Positions 38,646 through 47,467 of a DNA stretch of 59,483 nucleotides are shown in pieces. The stretch covers positions 1 through 59,483 of the forward strand of contig CAMYIF010000001.1 in assembly GCA_947258415.1 (NCBI GenBank), in the 5' to 3' direction. Made by a program: the position numbers and the translations under genes. The first letter of the stretch is position 1, and each line of letters begins with the position of its first letter. Below the pieces are notes generated by a model, which was not told the DNA's origin, searched no databases, and saw nothing but the letters and a program-made list of their open reading frames with translations. The stretch comes from an uncultured Pseudomonadales bacterium (lineage in GTDB: Bacteria > Pseudomonadota > Gammaproteobacteria > Pseudomonadales > IMCC2047).

Positions 38646-39716
38646 TCAACACCAGCGCTGTCGCAAACTGGCCTTATTTAATTGTAGCCACTGCAGGCCA
38701 ATAATTGTAGCCGCGTTGTTAATTATTCCTGTTTCTACCGCCTGCCAGGCAACGTGTTCGGGTACCAGGTGAACCCGTATATCTTCATTCTCGTGATCGA
38801 GTCCGTGTACACCCCCGACACCATCACTGTCAACGCAGGCGCAATAGAAGTGCACAATTTCATCGTTACCACCGGGGCTGATCCAGTATTTATAAACCAG
38901 TTCAAGCTGTTGAATGGTGCATCCTGCTTCTTCCAGCGCCTCGCGGCGCGCTACCTGTTCGGGTGTCTCACCCTTGTCGACAATACCGGCAACCAGTTCG
39001 AGTAACCATGGGCTGCGTTCATCCTGCATGCAGCCAACCCGGAACTGCTCGATAACAACCACACTGTCCTTGCGCGGATCGTAAAGCAATACTACAACAA
39101 CCGGGCCACGAACAAATAATTCGCGTTTAAACTCGGGACTATACCCGCCTTCGAATAACGCGTGCTTCAAGGTTAGTTCCTGTAGCTCAAAAAAGCCTTT
39201 ATAGCAGGTTTGCTGGCGAACGACTTCGAAGTCTTTACCGGTAAATTCGGGAGGTTTATCCAACAGTTCCTGGTTGTTCGCAAGCCCCGTAAAAAATTCT
39301 TTTATTCTGCCGTTGAGCAGATCACGTATTCTTCGATAGTCGTTTTTCGTCCAGTTACCGGTGCTTTCGGTTGCCGCCGGAATATCCAGCGACCAGTGTA
39401 TGGCAGGAACCCGGTTGTGCAATTCCGGGGCGTATTCATCATCGGGTCGACCCAAAGTGATCAACCAGTCAAGTTGCCCGTATAATGCCGGTGCCAAAAC
39501 ATACGATAACCCGGCATTCAACTCAATTCCGGATTCAGCCAACAGCATTTCGACTTCAGGATTATCCGCCTGTGCCTTGATGCAGGCCGAGTAAACCCGA
39601 ATATTCATTCGATTCGCCAGCGCCGATTGGCTGACAAGGTGGCGGGCGATTGCTGCAGCCATTTGTGAAAGACAGCCATTATCTGCCGATAAAAATAAAA
39701 GTGTGATGGTTTTCAT
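38646..39716 (-). CDS. nudF: fusion protein: degenerate ArsC/LMW-PTP-like domain + ADP-ribose pyrophosphatase NudF
   Basis: The ORF track runs to 39827. I prefer ATG 39716 (MKTITLLFLSADNGCLSQMAAAIA). The N-terminal ~150 aa align with the LMW-PTP/ArsC fold, but the P-loop CTGNSCRS reads SADNGCLS. The C-terminal ~200 aa are NudF, with Nudix box GIVDKGETPEQVARREALEEAGC. Confidence 0.85.
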   Translation of the reverse strand: MKTITLLFLSADNGCLSQMAAAIARHLVSQSALANRMNIRVYSACIKAQADNPEVEMLLAESGIELNAGLSYVLAPALYGQLDWLITLGRPDDEYAPELHNRVPAIHWSLDIPAATESTGNWTKNDYRRIRDLLNGRIKEFFTGLANNQELLDKPPEFTGKDFEVVRQQTCYKGFFELQELTLKHALFEGGYSPEFKRELFVRGPVVVVLLYDPRKDSVVVIEQFRVGCMQDERSPWLLELVAGIVDKGETPEQVARREALEEAGCTIQQLELVYKYWISPGGNDEIVHFYCACVDSDGVGGVHGLDHENEDIRVHLVPEHVAWQAVETGIINNAATIIGLQWLQLNKASLRQRWC

Positions 39717-39882
39717 GAAGCCAACAACCGGAATTTTCCGAGGTGGAGAATAAAGGCAATACTCTATCACAGGATAAATATTTCCTGAGAATGTTTGTCT
39801 GTTAAATACGGCTTCTCCTATAATCACAGGGCAATGACTTGCCCGCCTGGCGAGCGCATAACTTAAAGGACGACTTTTAAGG

Positions 39883-41193
39883 ATGAAAAAACGACTTGCC
39901 TTGCTAACAAGCCTGGTGCTGGCCAGTATTATTTGCGCAAATGCATTTGCGTCTGACCTGATTGAAATTTTTCATGCCGCCGTCGAGGAAGATCAGCAGT
40001 TAAAAGCAGCCGAAGCAAAATTGAAGGCCGATCTCGAAGCCGTACCGCAAAGCCGGGCGCTGCTGTTGCCGGATATCAGCATGGGTGCCAATACCGAAAC
40101 CATTGACCGCGAATTTAAAGGCGGCACCGATGAGCGCTTCAATTCAAACGCCTACTCCGCCCGCCTCACCCAGCCCATTTTTCGGGCTGACCGCTGGTTT
40201 CAGCTGAAGTCTTCGAAAGCGAGCAACAAACAGGCCCGCGCAACCTTTGAGCAGGCCAGGCAGGACCTTATCCTGAGGGTTGCCCAGGCTTACTTCAATA
40301 TACTTCGGGCGGAAGATAACCTGAGCTCGGCAGTTGCCCAGGAAACGGCGTTCAAGCGCCAACTCGAACAAAGCCAGGAAAGTTTCGATGTTGGCCTGAT
40401 CGCTATCACCGAGGTGCACGAATCCCGGGCAGCCTATGATCTGGCGAGAGCTACCCGCATTACCCAGGAAGAAGAAAGGGACAATAGCCTGGCTGCCCTG
40501 GAGACATTAACCGGGCAGCTCTATGCACAAATCAGGCCGCTGGATAAACAGATCCCTATTCAAAGCCCGGCTCCAAACAACCTGGACGAATGGATCCAAC
40601 AGGCGCTGCGTACCAGTTGGCCATTGCAGGCAGCAAAACACCAGGTAGAGGCTGCCAGGCAGGAAATTAAACGGCAAAAATCGGAACACTTGCCCACGCT
40701 TGATGCAGTTGCATCTTTCACCCACAGCGAAACAGGCGGGACCTCTTTCCTGGGCAGTGAATCGGATACCGAGAATTACGGCCTTGAATTGAACATCCCG
40801 ATTTTCCAGGGAGGCGCCACACAATCACGTGTTCGCCAGGCGCATTACCTGCACCAAGAGGCAAAGGCTCTCTACCGGGAACAGTACCGAAGCATCAAGC
40901 AAACCACCCGGACGCAACTTCGCACCGTGAATTCTGACGTGTTACGTGTTGGCGCAAGGAAACTTGCCTTGCGTTCCAGCCAAAGCGCGCTTGAAGCTAC
41001 CGAAGGTGGTTACGAAGTCGGTACCCGAAATATCGTCGATGTACTGCAGGCAAGGAATATCCTTTTCGAGTCTCAACGGGATTATTCCAACGCCATTTAT
41101 GACTACATAATTAACTCGTTGCAGCTGAAACTGACGGCCGGCGTGCTGGAAGAAGATGACCTGCTTGAACTCAATAAATGGCTAAAACACTAA
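39883..41193 (+). CDS. tolC: TolC-family outer-membrane channel
   Basis: 436 aa. The signal peptide is MKKRLALLTSLVLASIICANAFA. The internal duplication is typical of TolC. It is divergent from nudF, as in E. coli. Confidence 0.9.
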   Translation: MKKRLALLTSLVLASIICANAFASDLIEIFHAAVEEDQQLKAAEAKLKADLEAVPQSRALLLPDISMGANTETIDREFKGGTDERFNSNAYSARLTQPIFRADRWFQLKSSKASNKQARATFEQARQDLILRVAQAYFNILRAEDNLSSAVAQETAFKRQLEQSQESFDVGLIAITEVHESRAAYDLARATRITQEEERDNSLAALETLTGQLYAQIRPLDKQIPIQSPAPNNLDEWIQQALRTSWPLQAAKHQVEAARQEIKRQKSEHLPTLDAVASFTHSETGGTSFLGSESDTENYGLELNIPIFQGGATQSRVRQAHYLHQEAKALYREQYRSIKQTTRTQLRTVNSDVLRVGARKLALRSSQSALEATEGGYEVGTRNIVDVLQARNILFESQRDYSNAIYDYIINSLQLKLTAGVLEEDDLLELNKWLKH

Positions 41194-41200
41194 AGGCCAC

Positions 41201-42472
41201 CTAACGACCGGGTTGGTGGGCATCCTGGACGATCGCCAGCAACTTCTTCTCGGCACCCCTGTTTTTGGCAACCACTTCGATGGCGGCTTTACTCATTTTT
41301 TGGTGAGTTTCAGTGTTGAACATTTTGACAACTGTGCTGGCAAGATCATCCGGCAGAGCGGTCATCATGGCTCCGGCGTCAAGCAAAGCCGCACTGACCT
41401 GGGCAAAATTAAACACCGATGGGCCTGAAACCACCGGGACACCGAAAGCTGCAGGCTCAAGGAAATTGTGACCACCCCTGTCAACCAGGGAACCGCCGAC
41501 AAAGGCAACGTCAGATGCGCCGAACAGGGTCAGCAACTCACCCATGGTATCACCGAGCATAATATCTATCCCCGGGTGTACGGGTTCGTTTTTACTTCGC
41601 CGGGCGACGGTAAAACTTTGTGAGCGACAAAGCCCTGCTACCTTGTCAAAACGTTCCGGATGACGAGGCACAAGCACCAGTAATAAATCAGGCATATGCT
41701 CGCGTAACTGCCTGAACGCACCCAGTATCAACTCATCCTCACCATCGTGTGTACTTGCTGCTATCCACACCGGTCTCTCTTTTCCCCAGGCGGCGCGAAT
41801 CTCGGCCGCTTTCTGGCGTATTTGTGCCGAAACCTGGATATCGAACTTAATATTGCCGGTGATTTCAAGATTCTGTTTCGGTAATCCCAATGACACGAAG
41901 CGTTCACCATCGTTACTGCCCTGAGCGGCTACAACGCTCACTTTGTCCAGCATATCCCGAGTTAAAGGTCCGAGCGCGGTGTAACCCTTTGCAGATTTTT
42001 CAGATAATCTCGCGTTGGCAATAATAATCGGGATTTTTCGTTTATGGGTATAGTGAATCAGGTTAGGCCATAACTCTGTTTCCACAATCAGGCATAACGC
42101 CGGCTGGACTTTTTCAAGAAATCTTTTTACCGCCCCGGGCATATCGTAAGGCACGTAGACATGGAAAACAGCATCCCCGAAGGCCGCCTTTACCTGCGCA
42201 GAACCTGTCGGTGTCATCGTGGTGATTGTTATTGGCAACTCCGGGTAGGCTGCCATGATTTTCCTGACCAGGGGTGTTATAGCGATGGTTTCACCCATCG
42301 ATACCGAGTGCACCCAGAAACCGCCCGGCTTCTCCGGTGCCGTGAAAAAGCCCAATCGTTCACGCCAGCGCTGCGCGTAAGCCGGTGCCTGTTTGGCCCT
42401 GCGTTTTAACCGGTAAAAAATAAAAGGCGTAATTGCATAGTAGAAAATCGTGTATAAAATTCTGACCATCAT
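41201..42472 (-). CDS. waaA: 3-deoxy-D-manno-octulosonic acid (Kdo) transferase
   Basis: 423 aa with an N-terminal membrane anchor. WVHSVSMGE and GGSLVDRGGHNFLEPAAFG are present. Confidence 0.93.
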   Translation of the reverse strand: MMVRILYTIFYYAITPFIFYRLKRRAKQAPAYAQRWRERLGFFTAPEKPGGFWVHSVSMGETIAITPLVRKIMAAYPELPITITTMTPTGSAQVKAAFGDAVFHVYVPYDMPGAVKRFLEKVQPALCLIVETELWPNLIHYTHKRKIPIIIANARLSEKSAKGYTALGPLTRDMLDKVSVVAAQGSNDGERFVSLGLPKQNLEITGNIKFDIQVSAQIRQKAAEIRAAWGKERPVWIAASTHDGEDELILGAFRQLREHMPDLLLVLVPRHPERFDKVAGLCRSQSFTVARRSKNEPVHPGIDIMLGDTMGELLTLFGASDVAFVGGSLVDRGGHNFLEPAAFGVPVVSGPSVFNFAQVSAALLDAGAMMTALPDDLASTVVKMFNTETHQKMSKAAIEVVAKNRGAEKKLLAIVQDAHQPGR

Positions 42473-42484
42473 TGACCGGCCCGG

Positions 42485-44326
42485 CTAGTCATCACGAAAT
42501 TGCATCTGGTGTAACTGGGCGTAAGCTCCTTTTTTCGCGAGCAATTCCTGGTGTTTGCCCATTTCTACTATTTGCCCGTCTTCCATTACTACAATCTTGT
42601 CAGAATTCTCGACCGTTGACAGGCGGTGCGCGATAACCAGAGTCGTCCGACCCTGCATCACGGTTTCCAGGGCATCCTGGATATAGCGTTCTGATTCATT
42701 ATCAAGGGCCGAAGTGGCTTCATCCAGAATCAGGATAGGTGCATCCTTGAGGATGGCACGCGCCATGGCCAGGCGCTGGCGCTGGCCACCTGACAGCATG
42801 ACACCGTCTTCACCTATCTGGGTATCAAAGCCTTCGGGCAGTTCCCTGATAAACTCAATGGCGTGCGCCGTTGTAGCCGCTTTTTCTATGTCATCATGGG
42901 AAGCCGTTGCCAGGTCGCCGTAAGCAATATTCCGTTTTACCGTATCCTGGAACAGCACCACATGCTGGTTAACAATACCAATTTGCTGGCGCAGGCTGTC
43001 CAGGCGGTAGTCCTCGATTGGCAAACCATCGATAAATAACTGCTTTTCAGGGACATCATTAAAACGTGGCAATAAATTTACCAGGGTTGATTTTCCGCTG
43101 CCGGAACGCCCCACGAAGGCAACTGTTTCGCCTGGCTCGATGGTTAAATTAATATTTTTTAAAATATTTTCCTTGTCGGGGTCGTAACGGAAAGTTAAAT
43201 CCCGGAACTCTATCTTGCCTGCCGGTTTAAGGAAAACTTTCTCTCCCGTGTCTGCCTCGTGGTCCTGGTCCATAACCTCGAAAATACTTTGTGCTGCCGC
43301 TATGCCTATCTGAATCTTGTTATTCACGGAGGTCAGCTGTCGCAAGGGTTTGGCAATCATGCTGGCAGCCGTGATATAGGCCAAAAATTCACCCGTACCC
43401 ATGGCTGAAAAATCAGGATCCAGGCCGAGCCAGAACAATAATGCCATCGCGCTAAACACGATGACCTGGATCAGCGGGGTACTGATCTCGTCTACCCTTG
43501 CCAGTTTTAAGCTTTGTTTCAGATTGTTCTCGCTGGCCGCCTGAAAGCGGCCACGCTCGTAATTATTGCCGCCAAAAGCCCTGACAACCTGGAAGCCCTT
43601 AATTGCTTCGGAGGATACGTGAGTCACACCGCCCATGGAATCCTGAATTCGTCGACCGTACCTTCGAAACAGTTTTGAGGTATAACTCACCACCAGGCCA
43701 ATGACCGGCGAAACCACCAGGAATATCATCGACAATTGCCAGTTTAGATAGAAAATGTAGGAAAGCAGGACAATAACCGTCAGCCCTTCGCGCACAATCG
43801 TTTTCAGCGCATCGGTAGCAGCCCCGGTTACCTGCTCGACATTAAATGTGATCATGGAGAGTAAATGGCCCGAGGAAGTCCTGCTGTAAAATGAACTGGG
43901 CAGGGCGAGAATACGATTAAACATGTCCTGGCGCAGGGCGTTAACCAGGTTACGCGCCACCCAGACTATATAGTAGGAACCAAAATAAGAACCGATACCC
44001 CGAAATATTACAATCGCAATCACGCCCAGCGGTAAAAAGAGCTGGTAATCAATCGGTCCGCTAAATTGCATAAAATCTGGCAGGAAAGAAATATTGGTTA
44101 TTTCTGTCGCGCTTTCCGGACTGCAGACACAATCCGGGTCCTTTTGATCGAATGCAGCAGGAAGGTATTTAATCAGGGCAGCAAAACCCGCCTGACTCAT
44201 GGCAAAAAAACTGAAACCGAGGATACTGACAATAAACGCCCAATAAAACCGTCTGACATAGGCGAGTAATCGTTTATATACATTCCAGCCTGAAAGTGGG
44301 TCTTTGGTTTTCTCCGCTTGGCTCAT
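42485..44326 (-). CDS. msbA: lipid A export ABC transporter MsbA
   Basis: 613 aa. A 6-TM domain is followed by an NBD with Walker A GRSGSGKST, signature LSGGQRQR and Walker B ILILDEATSALD. It ends 12 nt upstream of waaA. Confidence 0.93.
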   Translation of the reverse strand: MSQAEKTKDPLSGWNVYKRLLAYVRRFYWAFIVSILGFSFFAMSQAGFAALIKYLPAAFDQKDPDCVCSPESATEITNISFLPDFMQFSGPIDYQLFLPLGVIAIVIFRGIGSYFGSYYIVWVARNLVNALRQDMFNRILALPSSFYSRTSSGHLLSMITFNVEQVTGAATDALKTIVREGLTVIVLLSYIFYLNWQLSMIFLVVSPVIGLVVSYTSKLFRRYGRRIQDSMGGVTHVSSEAIKGFQVVRAFGGNNYERGRFQAASENNLKQSLKLARVDEISTPLIQVIVFSAMALLFWLGLDPDFSAMGTGEFLAYITAASMIAKPLRQLTSVNNKIQIGIAAAQSIFEVMDQDHEADTGEKVFLKPAGKIEFRDLTFRYDPDKENILKNINLTIEPGETVAFVGRSGSGKSTLVNLLPRFNDVPEKQLFIDGLPIEDYRLDSLRQQIGIVNQHVVLFQDTVKRNIAYGDLATASHDDIEKAATTAHAIEFIRELPEGFDTQIGEDGVMLSGGQRQRLAMARAILKDAPILILDEATSALDNESERYIQDALETVMQGRTTLVIAHRLSTVENSDKIVVMEDGQIVEMGKHQELLAKKGAYAQLHQMQFRDD

Positions 44327-44367
44327 ACGTTACAGATCGCTAATAATTATTGAATATTCCTTCCTCC

Positions 44368-44385
44368 CTTTGTCAGCTGACAAAG
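44368..44385. repeat. perfect 18-bp palindrome CTTTGTCAGCTGACAAAG
   Basis: Read directly. It lies 42 nt upstream of the msbA start and 100 nt downstream of the PilZ gene stop. No flanking U-tract is present on either strand. Confidence 0.9.
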
Positions 44386-44485
44386 AAATTTGTATCGTCC
44401 AGGCTAATACAGGAAAAAACAGATGTACCTTCTATGATAATAGAGATGCGGCTTGCGTTGAAGGAGTATTACCGAAAAGAAAAAA

Positions 44486-45076
44486 CTATAGGCTTTTTTG
44501 TCTTTGCAAACTTAACTGGCTGGACTGTCGCCTGAGGATATGATGGATAAGTGTTTCCTGGGTATTGACGTCGATACCGTCAAAATCGACACGCAGGTAA
44601 TAAGGCCTTTCGTAATCCAGCTTTGATTTCTCGCAACCGACTACGCTGCAACGAACACGCATACTGGTGCCCTCGGGTTTAAAGCTGATATACAAATCCA
44701 GTTTCTGGCCAGCATCAAAGCGCTCCTTGCAATTGAATGCCATCCCGCAAGCGCTGATATTAACGGCCACTCGCTCTTCATCGAGCGGCTTTTCCTCGGT
44801 GCTGCCCGAGTAACCAAGTTCGAGTTCAGCGGCCAGGATATCAATTTTCTTGCTGACCAGGCTAATGACGTTGGCCGCTTCCGGTATTTTTTTCCATAAT
44901 GAGCTGAGCGCTTTAGCGATCTCAATGTCCACGGATTCCAGGATTTTGGTAGCCGTTATTTGAATATTACTGGCTTGCTCCCTGGTTTCGCTGGCAGGGT
45001 CGCCACCGCAAGCGCAGTAACTCATATTGACAATATCGTTGATTCGGAAATAACGCCTTCTATCTTGGCTATTCAT
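44486..45076 (-). CDS. PilZ-domain protein with long insertion, third gene of the stator operon
   Basis: 196 aa. RxxxR (R7-R-Y-F-R11) sits at the extreme N-terminus, and N106-I-S-A-C-G111 matches (D/N)xSxxG. About 95 aa of predicted helical sequence lie between the two motifs. The gene starts 21 nt after the pomB stop. Confidence 0.7.
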   Translation of the reverse strand: MNSQDRRRYFRINDIVNMSYCACGGDPASETREQASNIQITATKILESVDIEIAKALSSLWKKIPEAANVISLVSKKIDILAAELELGYSGSTEEKPLDEERVAVNISACGMAFNCKERFDAGQKLDLYISFKPEGTSMRVRCSVVGCEKSKLDYERPYYLRVDFDGIDVNTQETLIHHILRRQSSQLSLQRQKSL

Positions 45077-45097
45077 GTTTAAGCTTCCGTAAATACA

Positions 45098-46114
45098 TTA
45101 AAAAATCTCGTTGGGCGACAATACAAAGGGCGTATCCAGGTTAAGGTCCTTGAGCAGATCAAAACCGGTATCCTGCATTTTTTTCAACTCATCGCTGGTT
45201 TCCGTGTCCAGTCCCTGGTGAATGACGATTTCAACGCGGCGATTTTTTGCCCGGTTCTCCTCTTTATCGTTGGCGAACAATGGCTTGGTATCGGCAAACC
45301 CGGTGATCATGAACCGGTTGTGATCGATCACCTGGCCCCTGAACAATTCATGGGCGACCGATAACGCGCGGGACGAGGAAAGATCCCAGTTTGACCGGAA
45401 CCTGGCCGTTGCAATGGGAATACTGTCCGTGTGCCCCTCGACGGACACCCTTCCGGGAATATCCTTGAGCACGCTTCTCACGTTTGCCATGACAGGTATG
45501 AATTGCCTCCTTAGTTCAGCTGACCCCGAAGGAAATGAACCCTGCTCGCGAACCCTGATAATGATACGCCGGCCACGGGTTTCGATATCAACCTTCCCGG
45601 TACTGATTTCTTTTTTCATAGCAAGGGCCAGTGCGCGCGCGTCGTCTTCGGTCGCCTTAATCAGTGCCTTGAGTTTTTCCTGGAGCGCCTTCTGCGCTTC
45701 TTCCAGGGTTATGTCAATATCTCGTTGCCCCGGCGTCACATCTTCGCGGGCAACGTCTTCTCCCTGCTCGGCGCTGCCGGTATCGTTGATGCGAATATCC
45801 AGCGTATTCTTGGTGGTATCTGTAGTCGACTGCCTGACTTCGTTGATGGGTGTCGGTTCTGGTCGGCCCGGGCTAAACTCCTGCGCAATGACGCTGGTTC
45901 CCTTGGGTATATCCTTGACGTTGATTTTGTTCTGAACACCGAAGGCGTTGCGCATCGAGCCCGCCAGTTGCTTGTATTTTAAAACATCCATCTCGGAAAA
46001 CGACAGGAGCAGTACAAAAAAGCACATCAGTAGTGACATCAGGTCGGCAAAGGTCGCCATCCAGGCGGGGAGGCCAGCCGGACAATCGGGACAATCTTCT
46101 GCTAATTCCGCCAT
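45098..46114 (-). CDS. pomB: flagellar stator protein, MotB/PomB family
   Basis: 338 aa. The N-terminus CPDCPAGLPAWMATFADLMSLLMCFFVLLLSFSEMD is very close to Vibrio PomB as I recall it. The C-terminus is OmpA-like (GHTDSIPI...NRRVEIVI). Confidence 0.9.
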   Translation of the reverse strand: MAELAEDCPDCPAGLPAWMATFADLMSLLMCFFVLLLSFSEMDVLKYKQLAGSMRNAFGVQNKINVKDIPKGTSVIAQEFSPGRPEPTPINEVRQSTTDTTKNTLDIRINDTGSAEQGEDVAREDVTPGQRDIDITLEEAQKALQEKLKALIKATEDDARALALAMKKEISTGKVDIETRGRRIIIRVREQGSFPSGSAELRRQFIPVMANVRSVLKDIPGRVSVEGHTDSIPIATARFRSNWDLSSSRALSVAHELFRGQVIDHNRFMITGFADTKPLFANDKEENRAKNRRVEIVIHQGLDTETSDELKKMQDTGFDLLKDLNLDTPFVLSPNEIF

Positions 46115-46147
46115 GATTCAGTTCCGCAACAGCCAATGCCAGCCAAA

Positions 46148-46906
46148 TTATTCTTCACTGCTAGCACGTTTGGACGGCGCCACATAGGCCTTGAGCATGG
46201 ATTCGATAACACGCGGATTCTGGCCTGCCTGGATTGCCATCAAGGCGTCAATGCTCATCGATTTCAGGCGACCCTCCTCCTGTTTTCGAAGTTCGAGCTT
46301 GTCCGCGATCGGTATGGCAATCATATTGGCCATCATTGCGCCATAAAGCGTTGTCAGCAGTGCAATCGCCATCGCCGGGCCGATCGCTTTCGGATCGTCC
46401 ATGCTCGACAACATTTGCACCAGCCCCACCAGCGTACCGATCATGCCCATGGCCGGAGCAACGTCACCCATTGCAGTAAACACCTTGGCCCCCCAGGAAT
46501 GCCTGTCCTGGGCTTGCTTCATATCCCTGGACAGGACGTCTTTGACGATTTCTCCGTCGTGACCGTCAACCAGCATTTTTATGCCTTCTTTCAGGAAGTT
46601 ATTACTGACATCCTGGCCTTCAAGAGCCAACAAGCCACCCTTTCGGGCCACGTCGGCCAGCTCAACCACTTTGGGTATTAATTCTTCCAGCTTATCCAGT
46701 TTGAAGATGAAGGCCTTCAACGCCACTTTTACCGCGCCCAGGAATTGCGCCATGCTGAATTTCATCAGCACCACCATAAAGGTTCCAAGCACAACAATCA
46801 GCAATGACGGCACATTGACAAATACCAGTGCCGAACCACCCAGCACCATGGCAGCCACAACAATACCAAATGATCCGAGAAGGCCGATTAAGGTTGCCAG
46901 ATCCAC
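46148..46906 (-). CDS. pomA: flagellar stator protein, MotA/PomA family
   Basis: 252 aa, which is PomA/MotP-sized, with 4 TM helices. PAMGMIGTLVGLV and LLTTLYGAMMAN are present. The GTG start is preceded by AAGGAG. Confidence 0.9.
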   Translation of the reverse strand: MDLATLIGLLGSFGIVVAAMVLGGSALVFVNVPSLLIVVLGTFMVVLMKFSMAQFLGAVKVALKAFIFKLDKLEELIPKVVELADVARKGGLLALEGQDVSNNFLKEGIKMLVDGHDGEIVKDVLSRDMKQAQDRHSWGAKVFTAMGDVAPAMGMIGTLVGLVQMLSSMDDPKAIGPAMAIALLTTLYGAMMANMIAIPIADKLELRKQEEGRLKSMSIDALMAIQAGQNPRVIESMLKAYVAPSKRASSEE

Positions 46907-46939
46907 ACATTACTCCTTAAATTTATCTTCGTTCTAACT

Positions 46940-46966
46940 ATATCGGACGCTTTATTACAAGCTTAA
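46940..46966 (-). promoter_or_regulatory. candidate sigma28 (FliA) promoter for pomAB-PilZ
   Basis: The minus strand reads TTAAGCTT-N11-TCCGATAT, against the consensus TAAAGTTT-N11-GCCGATAA. That is 6/8 plus 6/8 matches with exact spacing. The -10 element ends about 33 nt upstream of the GTG start. Confidence 0.35.
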
Positions 46967-47226
46967 GTGCTTTGCACGATCAATTTGTCAAATTGCGCCT
47001 GGTAATCGACGAATTGTTTCGCCCGATTTCTACCTAAAGTTTAGACCGGAATAAGACTTTAGCGAGAACTCTCGTCTAATTTGGTACAGGTTTTGGAAGC
47101 ATTTTTTAGGCTTTCGAGCAACGCCATGAAAGCCGGCCTTGCAAATAGACGGGCGCGCCCATTGACCGCAGGTACTGAGTTGGTTTACGTTTACGTCCCT
47201 TGATTTACTAATTGAGAACTCACCAA

Positions 47227-47463
47227 ATGCCTAAGAAAAAACAGGGGTATGATTTTGAACAAACCCTGAGTGAACTGGAACGACTGGTTGAGCGCATGGA
47301 AAGCGGAGACCTATCCCTGGAAGAGTCCCTGAAAGCATTCGAACAGGGCGTAAAACTTACCCGGGAATGCCAGGCAAAACTTTCCGAGGCCGAACAAAAG
47401 GTGCAGGAACTAATCGAATCGAACGGCAAGCTTGAAATAAAACCATTTGAAACTGATAACTGA
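47227..47463 (+). CDS. xseB: exodeoxyribonuclease VII small subunit
   Basis: The ORF track starts at TTG 47212. ATG 47227 ([35 protein letters not shown]) gives a typical XseB. Confidence 0.9.
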   Translation: MPKKKQGYDFEQTLSELERLVERMESGDLSLEESLKAFEQGVKLTRECQAKLSEAEQKVQELIESNGKLEIKPFETDN

Positions 47464-47467
47464 CCGT

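Noticed and set aside
39717-39827. A 37-codon N-terminal extension of the nudF fusion ORF (MIIGEAVFNRQTF...).
   Set aside because: The LMW-PTP-like fold begins at MKTITLLF (ATG 39716). The extension would leave only 55 nt for the divergent tolC and nudF promoters. I kept it only as an alternative start.
45098-46906. Calling the stator sodium-driven because of its PomA/PomB-like length and N-terminal sequence.
   Set aside because: Ion specificity cannot be determined reliably by eye from primary sequence. I use the pomA/pomB symbols only to indicate family resemblance.
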